From positions 99,748-163,747 of the forward strand of contig CAJULE010000001.1 in the NCBI GenBank assembly GCA_910587445.1: 64,000 bases of DNA, written 5' to 3'. The notes beneath the pieces are model-generated. The model saw only the letters and a program-made list of their open reading frames with translations. It had not been told where the DNA came from and did no database searches. Position numbers and translations under genes: made by a program. This document shows, piece after piece, positions 9,060 through 18,875 of this stretch. The DNA is from an uncultured Christensenellaceae bacterium (GTDB lineage Bacteria; Bacillota; Clostridia; Christensenellales; Pumilibacteraceae). How positions within the stretch are numbered: the first letter of the stretch is position 1; the number at the start of each line of letters is the position of its first letter.

Positions 9060-12000
9060 ATGGCAAAGGATAAGCTCAGGATGAGCAACAAAAGGTTCAT
9101 GGCGATCATGATACCCGTAGGAGTATTCTTGCTTGCGCTCATAATCGTTGCGGTGTGCGTAATGAATTCTTTTGCGCCGGTCATGGACGCATTCTTCGGA
9201 AGAGGAAAGCGCCACATAGCCAACGTGGAAGGAACGGAAAATTGGGACACGAATTACTATGACGTAAAATACAAGAGTTATGACGAGTCCATAAAGGCGG
9301 CTACGCAAAACGCCAAGAAAGTTACCGACGAAGGATTTGTTCTTATGAAGAACGACGCGCCCGCAGGCAAAGAAAAGTCGCTTCTTCCGCTCGAACCCAA
9401 GGCAACGGTTACGCCGCTGGGAATGCGTTATGACGAAGCTGTCTACGGTATATACGGCTCGGGCTCGCCGCACGACGGCATGGGCATGAAAATGTATTTC
9501 GGCAGTGTCGTTTACGACGATAACTATAAAGTTACGAATCCGTGTTCGGTGGACATTCCCGAGGCGCTCGACGCGGAGTTTACGGTAAACAAAGCGCCGT
9601 TCGAGAAAATGAAGGCTTCCGAATGGGAAGTGATCGGGGAAGCTGACGGAACAATACCGTGCAAAGAAATCGATTCTATAAACGGTTGCGCGGGCAGTAA
9701 TACTTTCCTGTACGAATATAACCCGTCGATTTACGCAGGTACCGAGACAAGCTGCGCAAACAGCGTCGGTCTCGTGTTTATCGGCAGAGACGCGAGCGAG
9801 GGCGGAGATCTCAAGCTCGACGGTTACACGGACGGAACGCCTCACGAGCTTGCGCTCTCGAAGAACGAGCGCGATACGGTGAAGTTCGCAAAGCAGAACT
9901 GCACAGGCGGCGTAGTGGCGATCATAAACTCCTGCAACCCCATGGAACTCGGCGTACTCATGTCGGGCGAGCTCGAGGTGGACGCAATCGTTTGGATAGG
10001 CTTCCCGGGCAGCAACGGCGCGGAGTCGCTTGCCGACATTCTCTGCGGTAAGGTCAATCCTTCGGGCAGAACCGCCGACATCTGGGTAAGCAACCTTATG
10101 AACGACCCTACGTATAAGAACTACGGTTCGTACATCTATTCGTCTGCCGAAGTCGCAAACAGCAAGGCAATCGGCACTTCGTTTGTAGAGTACGAAGAGG
10201 GCGTATATGTGGGCTATCGCTACTATGAGACGGCGGCTGTCATGGACGGCTCGTTCGATTACGACAAAGCCGTAGTATTCCCGTTCGGCTACGGACTTTC
10301 CTACACCGAGTTCGAGCAGAAAATAACTTCGTTCGATACGTTCGGCGACGATATAACCGTCAAAGTTACGGTGACGAACAAAGGGGCAGTGGACGGCAAG
10401 GACGTCGTACAGCTCTATTACACAGCACCCTATACGCAGTGGGACATTGACAAAAAGATCGAAAAGCCGGTCAAAAACCTCGTTGCGTTTGCAAAGACGG
10501 ACATCATAAAGGGCGGACAAAGCGAAGAAGTGACGCTCACGTTCTCGAAAGAGGACATGGCTTCATACTGCTATACCCGCGAAAACAAGAACGGAACTAA
10601 GGGTGCATACGTGCTCGAGAGCGGCGATTATACGGTTACGCTCGGTAAAAACAGCCATGAAGAATGGGATAAAAAAACCGTACATATAAATGAAGAATGG
10701 TTCGACGAGTCCAATCCCCGTCGGAGCGAAAAGAACGGACAGTCAAAGCTCGACGACGAGGGCAACCCCATGGGAGTGACTGCTGTCGGAGGCGATCTCG
10801 ATTTCATAGCCGCAAGCAATCTTTTCGAGGACAGCAACACGTATATGAACTCTTCCACGGTAACGCTTCTTTCCCGTGCGGATTGGAAGAATACCCAACC
10901 TACGACTCCGACGGGCGAATCGTTTAAAGCCCCGAAAGCCGTTTGCGACACGATAGACGCATACAGCAGAGATACGTTCGACTATAAAGCAGATAAGCTT
11001 CTCGGAAACGTCGAAGGCAGTGCAATCTACAAAGCAACCGCACCGACGTCGAAGGCGCAGAACGGTCTGACCGTTGCGGATATGCGCGGACTCGACTACT
11101 ACGACGAGAGTTGGGAACTTCTTCTCGATCAGATTGATTACTCTAAGACCGAAGAGATAAACAAATTGCTTTACGGCGGCGCATACGGTCTCGGTGCACT
11201 CGATTCGATAGGATTGCCTGCTACGAGCAGTGCGGAAGGACCTGCGGGCATAGGATTGTTTGCTCATCTGTTTTACGGAGATACCCGACTTACGAAGATA
11301 CCGAAGATGTGCGGCTATGCGGCTAACACCGTGCTTGCGAGCACGTTTAACGAAGAGCTTGCCTATCTTACGGGCGCGTCGGTAGGGCAGGAAGCATATT
11401 GGTTCAGAAAGGAAGGCGAGACCACTTATCTCAACGGTTGGACAGGGCCGGCGATGAACCTTCACCGCAACGCGTTCTGCGGACGTAACGCCGAGTACTA
11501 CAGCGAAGATCCGGTGCTTGCCGGCGCAATGGGCAGAAACGAAATTTCGGGTGCGGGCGACAACGGACTCTATACGATATTCAAGCACTTTGCCATCAAC
11601 AACATAGAGACGGCTAAGACGGCGGGCGACGGCATATGTACTTGGGCAACCGAACAGACCATGAGAGAAATATATTTCAAGGTATTCGAGGACGTGTTCA
11701 AGAACTCCCGCCGCGAGGTCAAGTACATCGCTGACGATAACGGCACGGTTAAGACGAGAGTGGTTCGCGGCGCAACGGCGGTCATGACGTCGTTCAACCG
11801 TGTGGGTGCGATTCCCGCAGGTTCGAACTATGCGCTCATAACCGAACTTTTGAAAAACGAATGGGGCTTCCAGGGCTTCGTACAGTCCGATATGCCGAGT
11901 CAATCCAATAAGGATCAAATGCTCAGAGCGGGCGGCGCGGTGGAAATGAACTCTTCGGTTTCCGTAGCGGAGGATCTTTCCAGCCCGACCGCTCAGTGGC

Positions 12001-12233
12001 AGATTCGCAGAGCCGTTCACGACATAGCTTTTGCCGTCGCAAACTCCAATGCAATGCAGGGCGCGGCTCCCGGCGCGATTATTTACTACGATATGTCGCC
12101 GTGGGCGATCGGACTCATAATCGCGGGCGTAATCATCGGACTTATCGACGCGGCGATAATCGTGCTCATCGTCCTTCGTGTTCTCGACGCGAAAAAGCAC
12201 CCCGAAAACTACAGACAGAATCAAAAGGTATAG
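9060..12233 (+). CDS. glycoside hydrolase family 3 (beta-glucosidase-like) with permuted domain order and N- and C-terminal TM anchors
   Basis: The GH3 C-terminal sandwich-like region (LVFIGRDASEGGDLK) comes first. Then an Fn3-like region (DVVQLYYTAPYTQ), then the GH3 catalytic TIM-barrel region (RVGAIP..., GFQGFVQSDM with catalytic Asp). Hydrophobic helices at residues about 15-35 and about 1010-1040. Confidence 0.8.
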   Translation: MAKDKLRMSNKRFMAIMIPVGVFLLALIIVAVCVMNSFAPVMDAFFGRGKRHIANVEGTENWDTNYYDVKYKSYDESIKAATQNAKKVTDEGFVLMKNDAPAGKEKSLLPLEPKATVTPLGMRYDEAVYGIYGSGSPHDGMGMKMYFGSVVYDDNYKVTNPCSVDIPEALDAEFTVNKAPFEKMKASEWEVIGEADGTIPCKEIDSINGCAGSNTFLYEYNPSIYAGTETSCANSVGLVFIGRDASEGGDLKLDGYTDGTPHELALSKNERDTVKFAKQNCTGGVVAIINSCNPMELGVLMSGELEVDAIVWIGFPGSNGAESLADILCGKVNPSGRTADIWVSNLMNDPTYKNYGSYIYSSAEVANSKAIGTSFVEYEEGVYVGYRYYETAAVMDGSFDYDKAVVFPFGYGLSYTEFEQKITSFDTFGDDITVKVTVTNKGAVDGKDVVQLYYTAPYTQWDIDKKIEKPVKNLVAFAKTDIIKGGQSEEVTLTFSKEDMASYCYTRENKNGTKGAYVLESGDYTVTLGKNSHEEWDKKTVHINEEWFDESNPRRSEKNGQSKLDDEGNPMGVTAVGGDLDFIAASNLFEDSNTYMNSSTVTLLSRADWKNTQPTTPTGESFKAPKAVCDTIDAYSRDTFDYKADKLLGNVEGSAIYKATAPTSKAQNGLTVADMRGLDYYDESWELLLDQIDYSKTEEINKLLYGGAYGLGALDSIGLPATSSAEGPAGIGLFAHLFYGDTRLTKIPKMCGYAANTVLASTFNEELAYLTGASVGQEAYWFRKEGETTYLNGWTGPAMNLHRNAFCGRNAEYYSEDPVLAGAMGRNEISGAGDNGLYTIFKHFAINNIETAKTAGDGICTWATEQTMREIYFKVFEDVFKNSRREVKYIADDNGTVKTRVVRGATAVMTSFNRVGAIPAGSNYALITELLKNEWGFQGFVQSDMPSQSNKDQMLRAGGAVEMNSSVSVAEDLSSPTAQWQIRRAVHDIAFAVANSNAMQGAAPGAIIYYDMSPWAIGLIIAGVIIGLIDAAIIVLIVLRVLDAKKHPENYRQNQKV

Positions 12234-12254
12234 AAGAAATTATATAGCCCATAT

Positions 12255-12287
12255 AAAAACAGGACGCGTCTTGCGTCCTGTTTTTAT
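12255..12287 (+). terminator. rho-independent terminator after GH3 gene
   Basis: aaaaacaggacgc gtct tgcgtcctgttttt: 12-bp stem followed by a T-run. Confidence 0.7.
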
Positions 12288-12320
12288 ATGGTAATTAGAA
12301 AAAAAAATTTGCAAAAGCGG

Positions 12321-12350
12321 TTGACAAATCGAGCAATGTTCAGGTATATA
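12321..12350 (+). promoter_or_regulatory. sigma-A-like promoter for S8 protease gene (TTGACA-N18-TATATA)
   Basis: TTGACA at 12321-12326, TATATA at 12345-12350. Confidence 0.4.
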
Positions 12351-12382
12351 TTACGGAACATATTTAAAAAGGGGCAAAGATA

Positions 12383-14370
12383 ATGAAAAAGGCAATTTAC
12401 TCATTATGTGCGCTATGTATGGCGCTTGCAATCGTACTTATTCCCGTGAGTACTCTTGACGCTTTCGCTCTTAACGCGGACGCGGAGCCTATGGAAAAAA
12501 AGTGTTCTGCAGCGTGACTCTCGAGGACGACTTTGCGGAAGACGAAGTGGTAGTTACGATAAAAAATAAGGAAAGTTTAAAGTTCAAAAAATATGTAGCA
12601 AGTGATTTCGTCGATATCGGTTGTGAGTCGGTTGATGATTTGTCGATCGCATATGCCGATGATGTGCGAATACATAAGGATCATGCTTGTAAAAAGTCGG
12701 CTTTTGCAAAAGATTATAATCAGCTTCTTAGTCTTAAATTGAAAGAAAAGAGCAAAGAGAATGTTCTCGCGGCAATTAAGGTGCTTGAAAAGCGTGATGA
12801 TGTGCTTTCTGCTGAGCCGAGTTATATTTTGGATTCATTCGATAGTAATGTTGAGGAAAATAACGGGCATGGAATCGAACCAAATAAGGCAATAGGTGGT
12901 GGATTGCCTATAAATCCCGTGTTACCTGTAGTAAAGCCCACAAAGCTTCCTAACGACCCCGGGCGATCTCGGCAGTGGGCAATTGCAAGAATAAAGCTGC
13001 CCGAGGCATGGAACTATACCACGGGTTCGAGTGATGTTGTTGTTGGGGTTATAGACAGCGGTGTTGATTCTACGCATCCCGATTTACAAGGCAAAATCGA
13101 TACGTCGCTTAGCTATGATTTCGTAAATAATACATCTGCTATGCCTGCTACGTCAAGTCTTTTTTATCATGGGACAATGGTTGCGGGAATTATAGCTGCT
13201 CAGACCGACAATGGAGAATGAATTGCAGGCGCAGGGTGGAACGTAAGAATAGCTTCGCTAAGAGTTGGTGACAGCTTGGGTGGAATTAAAACCCCTTATG
13301 TCGTGTCGGCGATAGAATATGCTAGAATAAAAGGGATTCCTATTATCAATCTTAGTCTCGGGGGTAAACAAGACGACAGTAGGCTTCGCAGTGCAATAGA
13401 AAAATATACAGGGGTAATAGTGTGTGCAGCCGGAAATGCCGAAGCGGATAATGATGACAGCAAAAATGCAGTTTATCCGGCGAGTTATAGCTATAGAGAA
13501 AACTTAATATCCGTAGGAGCAAGTGATACAGAGGATAAAAGATTTATAAATGGCGGCACAGGTTCCAATTATGGGAAAACGACAGTAGATTTATTTGCTC
13601 CGGGAGCCAACATATATTCTACGATGATACAAGGGCGTTATCAAGGGTCATGCTCCGGTACGAGTTATTATGAGTCGGACTCCGGGACGTCGTATGCCGC
13701 ACCATATGTTTCGGGTGTTGCCGCATTGTTGCTTTCAAGATTTCCGGAACTTACTGCTGCGGAAATTAAAGACGCTATAAAGAACAATGTCAGTAAAGTG
13801 AGCGCACTCAGTGACCTGTGTGTTTCGGGTGGTAGACTTAATGCCTTAAATGCGCTTATTGGTTTACATTCGGGTCATAGATACGGGCAATCCTATTCAT
13901 TTGTATCGCAAACACAACATGCATCATTCTGCGAATGTGGGGATCATAAACTTGAGCCACATTGGGCATATTCTTCTTCCTTACGTATGTACAACGGACA
14001 TCGATATGCTACTTGTGCGTGCTGTAAATATGAAATAAATATCGATAATAATCCCATAATTGTAATAAGCAATTCAGCTCCCGGAGAGCTTGAACTTATG
14101 GGGCTTAAAGTGGTAGAAAGTCCAAAGCAGCTTGTGCAGGCGCTTTCTCAAAATTTTCGGCAAACAAGTTCTTTGAAAATGGAAGCTGTCCTGTCATATT
14201 ATGATGAAGAGTTTTTTGAGACATATGCAATAGTCCTGTCCGATGATTTTGATATGGAACGTGTCGTAGAGTCTCTGTATTCGAATATAATAGAGTGTAG
14301 AAAATACATTGACAAAGAAGGAAATTTTTGGTATGATACAGACAATAACTATGAGGAGATATATGCATGA
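12383..14370 (+). pseudogene. secreted subtilisin-like (peptidase S8) serine protease, disrupted by a frameshift in an A7 run and an in-frame TGA; C-terminal about 120 aa is a novel tail domain
   Basis: Signal peptide ORF (12383-12510) ends after an A7 run. Adding one A fuses it in frame to the I9 propeptide-like region of the 12502 ORF. The Asp box VVGVIDSGVD and the His box HGTMVAGIIAA are followed directly by TGA (13219-13221) at the position of the conserved Gly of the subtilisin NxxGxG(V/I)AG motif. The same frame continues into ORF 13276-14370 with the Asn (LSLGG) and Ser (GTSYAAPYVSG) boxes. AT-rich relative to its flanks. Confidence 0.7.
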
Positions 14371-14825
14371 AAAAGAGACTGATTCCTATATTGATTGCGC
14401 TTGCATTGTGTATGAGCATAGTTTTTTGTGCTTGCGGTTCGACAAGTGAAACTCCTATATGCGACTATGAAGAGCTGTCTGCGGAAACAAGAACAAAAAT
14501 TGCTCAGGCATATTGCGACTTATATGAGTTAGATGAAAATGAAGAAAAGAACTTTGAGGTCGAGGAGTTTTATACCTCAAGGGAAGGCGTCTATGTATTC
14601 TATACGCATTATGCGGTATTTGCTTTTCTGGCATTACGAAGTGAGAAAATCGGCGGTGTCCGAATCGAGTATCCCGATAGTATAGGATTTAATGTTTATA
14701 TAGAGCAGACCGACGAAATAATCGGACTTGCTAATGCTTATGAACAGGGTTTGGTTACAAAGAAAGATATAAAGCTCATAAACGAAAAGCACAAAAAAGC
14801 GCGTTCGTATCTTTACAAAGATTGA
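14367..14825 (+). CDS. repeat lipoprotein, copy 1 of a duplicated cassette (paralog of 27181-28338)
   Basis: Start inside the stop of the protease ORF (ATGA). Signal + lipobox SIVFCACG. Shares the IxxAYCD(L/I)xY block and one xAYExGxLxxxDI repeat with the 385-aa paralog. Confidence 0.6.
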   Translation: MKKRLIPILIALALCMSIVFCACGSTSETPICDYEELSAETRTKIAQAYCDLYELDENEEKNFEVEEFYTSREGVYVFYTHYAVFAFLALRSEKIGGVRIEYPDSIGFNVYIEQTDEIIGLANAYEQGLVTKKDIKLINEKHKKARSYLYKD

Positions 14826-14850
14826 ATCATACCTAAAATCTAACTTCCGA

Positions 14851-14888
14851 GCCTCGCGGCGACGGTAACGTCGCGCGAGGCTTCTTTA
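14851..14888 (+). terminator. rho-independent terminator
   Basis: gcctcgcggcgac ggtaa cgtcgcgcgaggc hairpin followed by a T-rich tract. Confidence 0.55.
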
Positions 14889-14969
14889 TATAATTTCTCG
14901 AATTGCTTGCAAAATTTCATGTGGTGTGGTACACTATATAAGATATGATAACTTTCGGAGGCAAAACCA

Positions 14970-16181
14970 ATGAGTGAGAAAAGAGCGATTGTCGTCGGAG
15001 CCGGACTTTCGGGTGCGACGGTTGCGCGCACGCTTGCCGAAGGCGGCGTGAAGGTCACGGTTTGGGAGAAGGAAAAGTATGTCGGAGGCGCGATTTCCGA
15101 CTATAGAAAGGACGACTATTTCGTTCAGCGTCACGGTCCGCACCTCTTCCATACGAGCAGCGAAGCGGCGTACGCCTTTCTTTCGCGCTTCACCGAGTGG
15201 TTCGACTATCGCCACACGGTGCGCGCGCACATAACGAGCAAGTATATCGATCGCTACACATTAAGCACGGACATAAAAGACAAGTATATTCCCGTGCCGT
15301 TCAATTTTACTTCGCTTGAAGCGCTCTATCCCGCGGACAAGGCGAAGAAGATAGAGAGCGCGCTTGTCGGCAAGTACGGTGCGGACGCTGCCGTTTCCAT
15401 TTCCGAGCTTCGTTTGAATCCCGATCCCGAAATAAAGGAGTTTGCGGAATTTGTCTACGTAACCGTTTTTAAGTACTATTCGTTCAAGCAGTGGGGGCTT
15501 GACATGGCGGCGATAGATCCCGCCGTATTTAAGCGGGTGCCCGTAAGGACGGGATACATCGACGGTTATTTTGCGGATAAATACCAGGCTATGCCGAAAG
15601 ACGGATTTTCCGCAATAATCGAGAATATGCTAAAGAGTGAGAACATAACCGTCAAAACGGGCGTGGACGCGATCTCCCGTCTCGCGGTAAAGGACGGAAA
15701 GCTCGAGATCGACGGAAAGCCCGCAGATTGTCCCGTCATATTTACGGGCTGTATAGACGAGCTGTGCGGCGACAGGTTCGGGCGGCTTCCGTACCGTACG
15801 CTTCGCTTCGATCTCAAGGAAGAGAATACGCCGTCTTTCCAGCCGTACGGAGTCGTAAACTACACCGTCACCGAACCCTTTACGCGCATATCCGAATTCA
15901 AGAAGTTTACGGTCGAGAACTCGAAAGCAAAGACGAGCGTTACGGTGCGCGAGTACCCGCGCTCATACGATCGCGAAAGCGAACTTTCTCCTTACTATCC
16001 CATGCCGACTGCGGACGCAAAGGAGAGCTACGCAAAGTATGCCGAGTATGTAAAGGACATAAAAAATCTTTACTTCGCAGGTCGACTCGGCAGTTATGTG
16101 TATGTCAATATGGATAAAGCGGTGGACAGGGCTCTCGATTTGGGAAAGCATCTGCTCGAAACCGCTTTTGCCGCAAAATAG
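14970..16181 (+). CDS. glf: UDP-galactopyranose mutase
   Basis: N-terminal FAD-binding GAGLSG motif. Glf-characteristic blocks: YSFKQWG, KRVPVRTGYIDGYFADKYQAMPKDG, GRLPYRTLRFD and C-terminal FAGRLGSYVYVNMD. Confidence 0.85.
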   Translation: MSEKRAIVVGAGLSGATVARTLAEGGVKVTVWEKEKYVGGAISDYRKDDYFVQRHGPHLFHTSSEAAYAFLSRFTEWFDYRHTVRAHITSKYIDRYTLSTDIKDKYIPVPFNFTSLEALYPADKAKKIESALVGKYGADAAVSISELRLNPDPEIKEFAEFVYVTVFKYYSFKQWGLDMAAIDPAVFKRVPVRTGYIDGYFADKYQAMPKDGFSAIIENMLKSENITVKTGVDAISRLAVKDGKLEIDGKPADCPVIFTGCIDELCGDRFGRLPYRTLRFDLKEENTPSFQPYGVVNYTVTEPFTRISEFKKFTVENSKAKTSVTVREYPRSYDRESELSPYYPMPTADAKESYAKYAEYVKDIKNLYFAGRLGSYVYVNMDKAVDRALDLGKHLLETAFAAK

Positions 16182-16356
16182 TCGGGCAAAAAAGTTATAA
16201 AGACACAAACGAAGTCGCAGTCGCGTCGCAGGACGGCGGCAGGCGGCGAGACGTAAGGGAGTGTACTGTCCGTACATGACCGAACAAGCGAGTCGCGCGT
16301 AGCCGTCATGAGGCGATGAATGCGACTTGGTAAAGAAAGGTTCAAAGGAGTGAAAC

Positions 16357-17523
16357 ATGGATAAACCCAGAGTGGTATTTCCGTTTGTCGAAGCGGGTTT
16401 CGGACACATAATGCCGATGACCGCCGTTTCGCAGGCGTTCGAGGAAAAGTACGGCGACAGGTGCGAAGTCGTCAAGACCTATTTCTATCAGGATACGGGA
16501 AATCCCGTAATGAAAGCCATAGAGGACGATCTCATAAACGAAGTGCGCAAGCACAATCACCACAAGATAAACGGCATAATGCAGTTTGCGCTTATGGCGC
16601 TCGTCGGGCAGAAGGCGTCGATGTCCTATCTTTTCAACACGCGCTATAAAAAAGGCAGACAGGCGTGCATGGACTATATGATGAGCTTAAAGCCCGACCT
16701 TATACTGAACACGCACTTTTCGACGCTGTATTTTGCCAACCAGTGCCGCGAAAAGCTCGGTCTCGATACGGATATAGTCGCGTACTGTCCCGACCCGATC
16801 GTAGGGCGGCAGTGGGACAAACGCACGGATCTCATAGTATTGAGCTCGGAAAACGGCAAAAAACAGGCGATAAAGAAATTGAAGCTCAAGCCCGAACAGC
16901 TTGCTACCGTGCCTTTCATGCTCCGAAAAACGGTCGAAAACTACGACAAGGGCAAGCAGTACTATCGCGAGCTTCACGGTCTCGACAAGGATAAATTCAC
17001 CGTGCTTTTGGTAGACGGAGCATACGGAGAGGGCAAGCTCGAAAAGACTGCCGAAGCGCTTTCAAAGACCGATATGAACCTCAACGTCGTTGCCGTCTGC
17101 GGCAAAAACGAGCCGCTGTACGAACGGCTGAGCAAGCTCGAAACGAAGGAAAACATCACGTTCAAGGCGTACGGTTTCACCGATAAGATGCTCGAACTCA
17201 ATGCGGCGGCGGATCTTTTCGTCGGAAAAAGCGGCGCGAGCAATCTTGCCGAATCGAGCTATCTCGAGGTGCCGCAGATAATTACGCTTTACGCTACGCC
17301 CATAGAAAAGTGGATAGGCGAGTACTATATCGACGAGGTGGGTACGGCGATAAAGCTCGACAAGATAGACGATATAGTGAAAAAGATAGGCGAGTACTAC
17401 TCTTCGCCCGAAAAGATGCAGCCGTATATCGACGCGTGCAAGACCGTCAAGACGACTGCCGGCGGGGAAATGCTTGCCGATATATTGTTCGAGCGGCTCA
17501 AAGTCCGTTTTCCCGAGCTTTAA
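16357..17523 (+). CDS. GT28-family glycosyltransferase, MGDG-synthase / UgtP(YpfP)-like (glycolipid synthase candidate)
   Basis: N-terminal MGDG_synth-like region with GFGH motif, and a C-terminal GT-B nucleotide-sugar-binding half. Adjacent to glf. Confidence 0.65.
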   Translation: MDKPRVVFPFVEAGFGHIMPMTAVSQAFEEKYGDRCEVVKTYFYQDTGNPVMKAIEDDLINEVRKHNHHKINGIMQFALMALVGQKASMSYLFNTRYKKGRQACMDYMMSLKPDLILNTHFSTLYFANQCREKLGLDTDIVAYCPDPIVGRQWDKRTDLIVLSSENGKKQAIKKLKLKPEQLATVPFMLRKTVENYDKGKQYYRELHGLDKDKFTVLLVDGAYGEGKLEKTAEALSKTDMNLNVVAVCGKNEPLYERLSKLETKENITFKAYGFTDKMLELNAAADLFVGKSGASNLAESSYLEVPQIITLYATPIEKWIGEYYIDEVGTAIKLDKIDDIVKKIGEYYSSPEKMQPYIDACKTVKTTAGGEMLADILFERLKVRFPEL

Positions 17524-17544
17524 AAAAGAAAATTTTGTGTTTCG

Positions 17545-18741
17545 GTGCAGAATATGAGAGATGATTTTACAATCGAAGACGGTGTGCTTGTCGAATATCT
17601 GGGCGACGAAGCTGTCCCGGAGATTCCCGGCGGCGTGCGCGAAATAGGCGAAGATGCATTTTTCGGCGCGAATATCGAGGGCGTAATCATTCCCGAAGGC
17701 GTGACGAAAATAGGCGAGTCGGCGTTTTACTCGTGCTCCGATCTTAAGGAGATCCGATTTCCCGACAGTATCGAAGAGATATGCGAGGACGCTTTTTCCG
17801 AGTGCGAAAGCCTCTTGAGGGTGGCGCTTCCTCCGAAGCTCAAAAAGGTGGGAGACAATGCGTTTAACGGCTGCACTTCTCTCGAAGAGGTGGTTTTCAA
17901 CGATGGGCTCGAGGAGATAGGCGACGACGCGTTTATGTTCGGCGGCGTGTTCGACAAAATAACGCTGCCTTCGACCTTGAAAACCATAGGCGATTGGGCT
18001 TTTGCCGAATGCGAGCGTCTGACCGAGGTGGTTATGCCGAGCGGCGTACATATCGGCAGTAGTGCGTTTTCGGGCACTCCGTATGCGGAGGAGAAACAAA
18101 AGGCGGAACGAGCGGCGAGAAGAAAGTCTTTCGACGTTTCGCGTTTTAATCGCGAAGAGGAGCCGGCGAGCAAGACCGTAAAAAAACGCTATCTCAAGGG
18201 AAAGGGCGGACACGCCGCGTCGGAGTATGTCGCTTCCGGCGAAAGAGTGTACATAGAGCTCGGCGCAAAGGGCAAAAAGCCTGTCAGAAAAGCCGTATTC
18301 GGCGGGATTTTCCCGTTTGTCGTGATTTGGATGTTGTTCGACTTCGGCATCCTCGGCGGAATGGCGGTAAGCGGTGTGTTTGCGAAGAATCCGTTTATGC
18401 TTTTCATACTGTTGTTTTTCGCCGTTCACCTTATGCCCGTTTGGATATGGATCGGGGGCATTGTCAAAGCCGTGCGCGGATATACGGACACTTCGTATAC
18501 GGTGACCGATAAAAGGCTGTATCTTTGCGATGGCGGCACGCTCAAATACTGCGAGCTCGAGGACATCCGAAGCGCCGAGGAAAAGGGCGCCGACGGAGTG
18601 AACGTCGTTATGACCGACGGTTGCGAACTCGCTCTTACGGGGATAAAGTTCCCTCGGGATTTTGCTTCGCGCCTCGACGGGCTTGCGGAGAAAAAGCGCG
18701 CCGAAGCCGAGAAAAATTCCGCTTCGGACGAAACGAAATAA
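17545..18741 (+). CDS. BspA-type leucine-rich-repeat (LRR_5) protein with C-terminal two-TM + PH-like (YdbS/YdbT-like) membrane domain
   Basis: Several about 23-aa repeats (IPEGVTKIGESAF..C..L..I.FP). Then a hydrophobic hairpin (FPFVVIWMLFDFGILGG..., FMLFILLFFAVHLMPVWIWIGG) and a TDKRLYL... tail. Confidence 0.6.
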   Translation: MQNMRDDFTIEDGVLVEYLGDEAVPEIPGGVREIGEDAFFGANIEGVIIPEGVTKIGESAFYSCSDLKEIRFPDSIEEICEDAFSECESLLRVALPPKLKKVGDNAFNGCTSLEEVVFNDGLEEIGDDAFMFGGVFDKITLPSTLKTIGDWAFAECERLTEVVMPSGVHIGSSAFSGTPYAEEKQKAERAARRKSFDVSRFNREEEPASKTVKKRYLKGKGGHAASEYVASGERVYIELGAKGKKPVRKAVFGGIFPFVVIWMLFDFGILGGMAVSGVFAKNPFMLFILLFFAVHLMPVWIWIGGIVKAVRGYTDTSYTVTDKRLYLCDGGTLKYCELEDIRSAEEKGADGVNVVMTDGCELALTGIKFPRDFASRLDGLAEKKRAEAEKNSASDETK

Positions 18742-18748
18742 AACAGCG

Positions 18749-18780
18749 TAAAGCGCGGCTTCTTGTCGCGCTTTAGTTTT
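18749..18780 (+). terminator. rho-independent terminator
   Basis: taaagcgcg...cgcgcttta stem followed by agtttt. Confidence 0.55.
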
Positions 18781-18875
18781 ACTATATGTTTGACTTTTTA
18801 CTCTTTTTGTGGTAAGATATATAAAAGACGGTTCGGCTTTGCCGATACGCAAAGAATATCAGAGGTGTCGAAAGT

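Noticed and set aside
6845-9066. Minus-strand ORFs 6845-7621 and 7759-9066
   Set aside because: Antisense to the response regulator and histidine kinase genes.
8988-12224. 510-aa and 493-aa minus-strand ORFs (8988-10520, 10743-12224)
   Set aside because: Both antisense to the GH3 gene. Arg/His-rich. No RBS or domain.
13219-13221. TGA read as Gly (genetic code 25) or selenocysteine in the S8 gene
   Set aside because: TGA is a functional stop for many intact genes in the window (rubredoxin, HtrA-like protease, CydC-like). No SECIS-like hairpin noted. Sec at a structural Gly position is implausible.
17062-18852. 596-aa minus-strand ORF
   Set aside because: Completely antisense to two + strand genes with clear domains (GT28, LRR). 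Arg/Ala-rich junk composition typical of antisense frames in GC-rich DNA.
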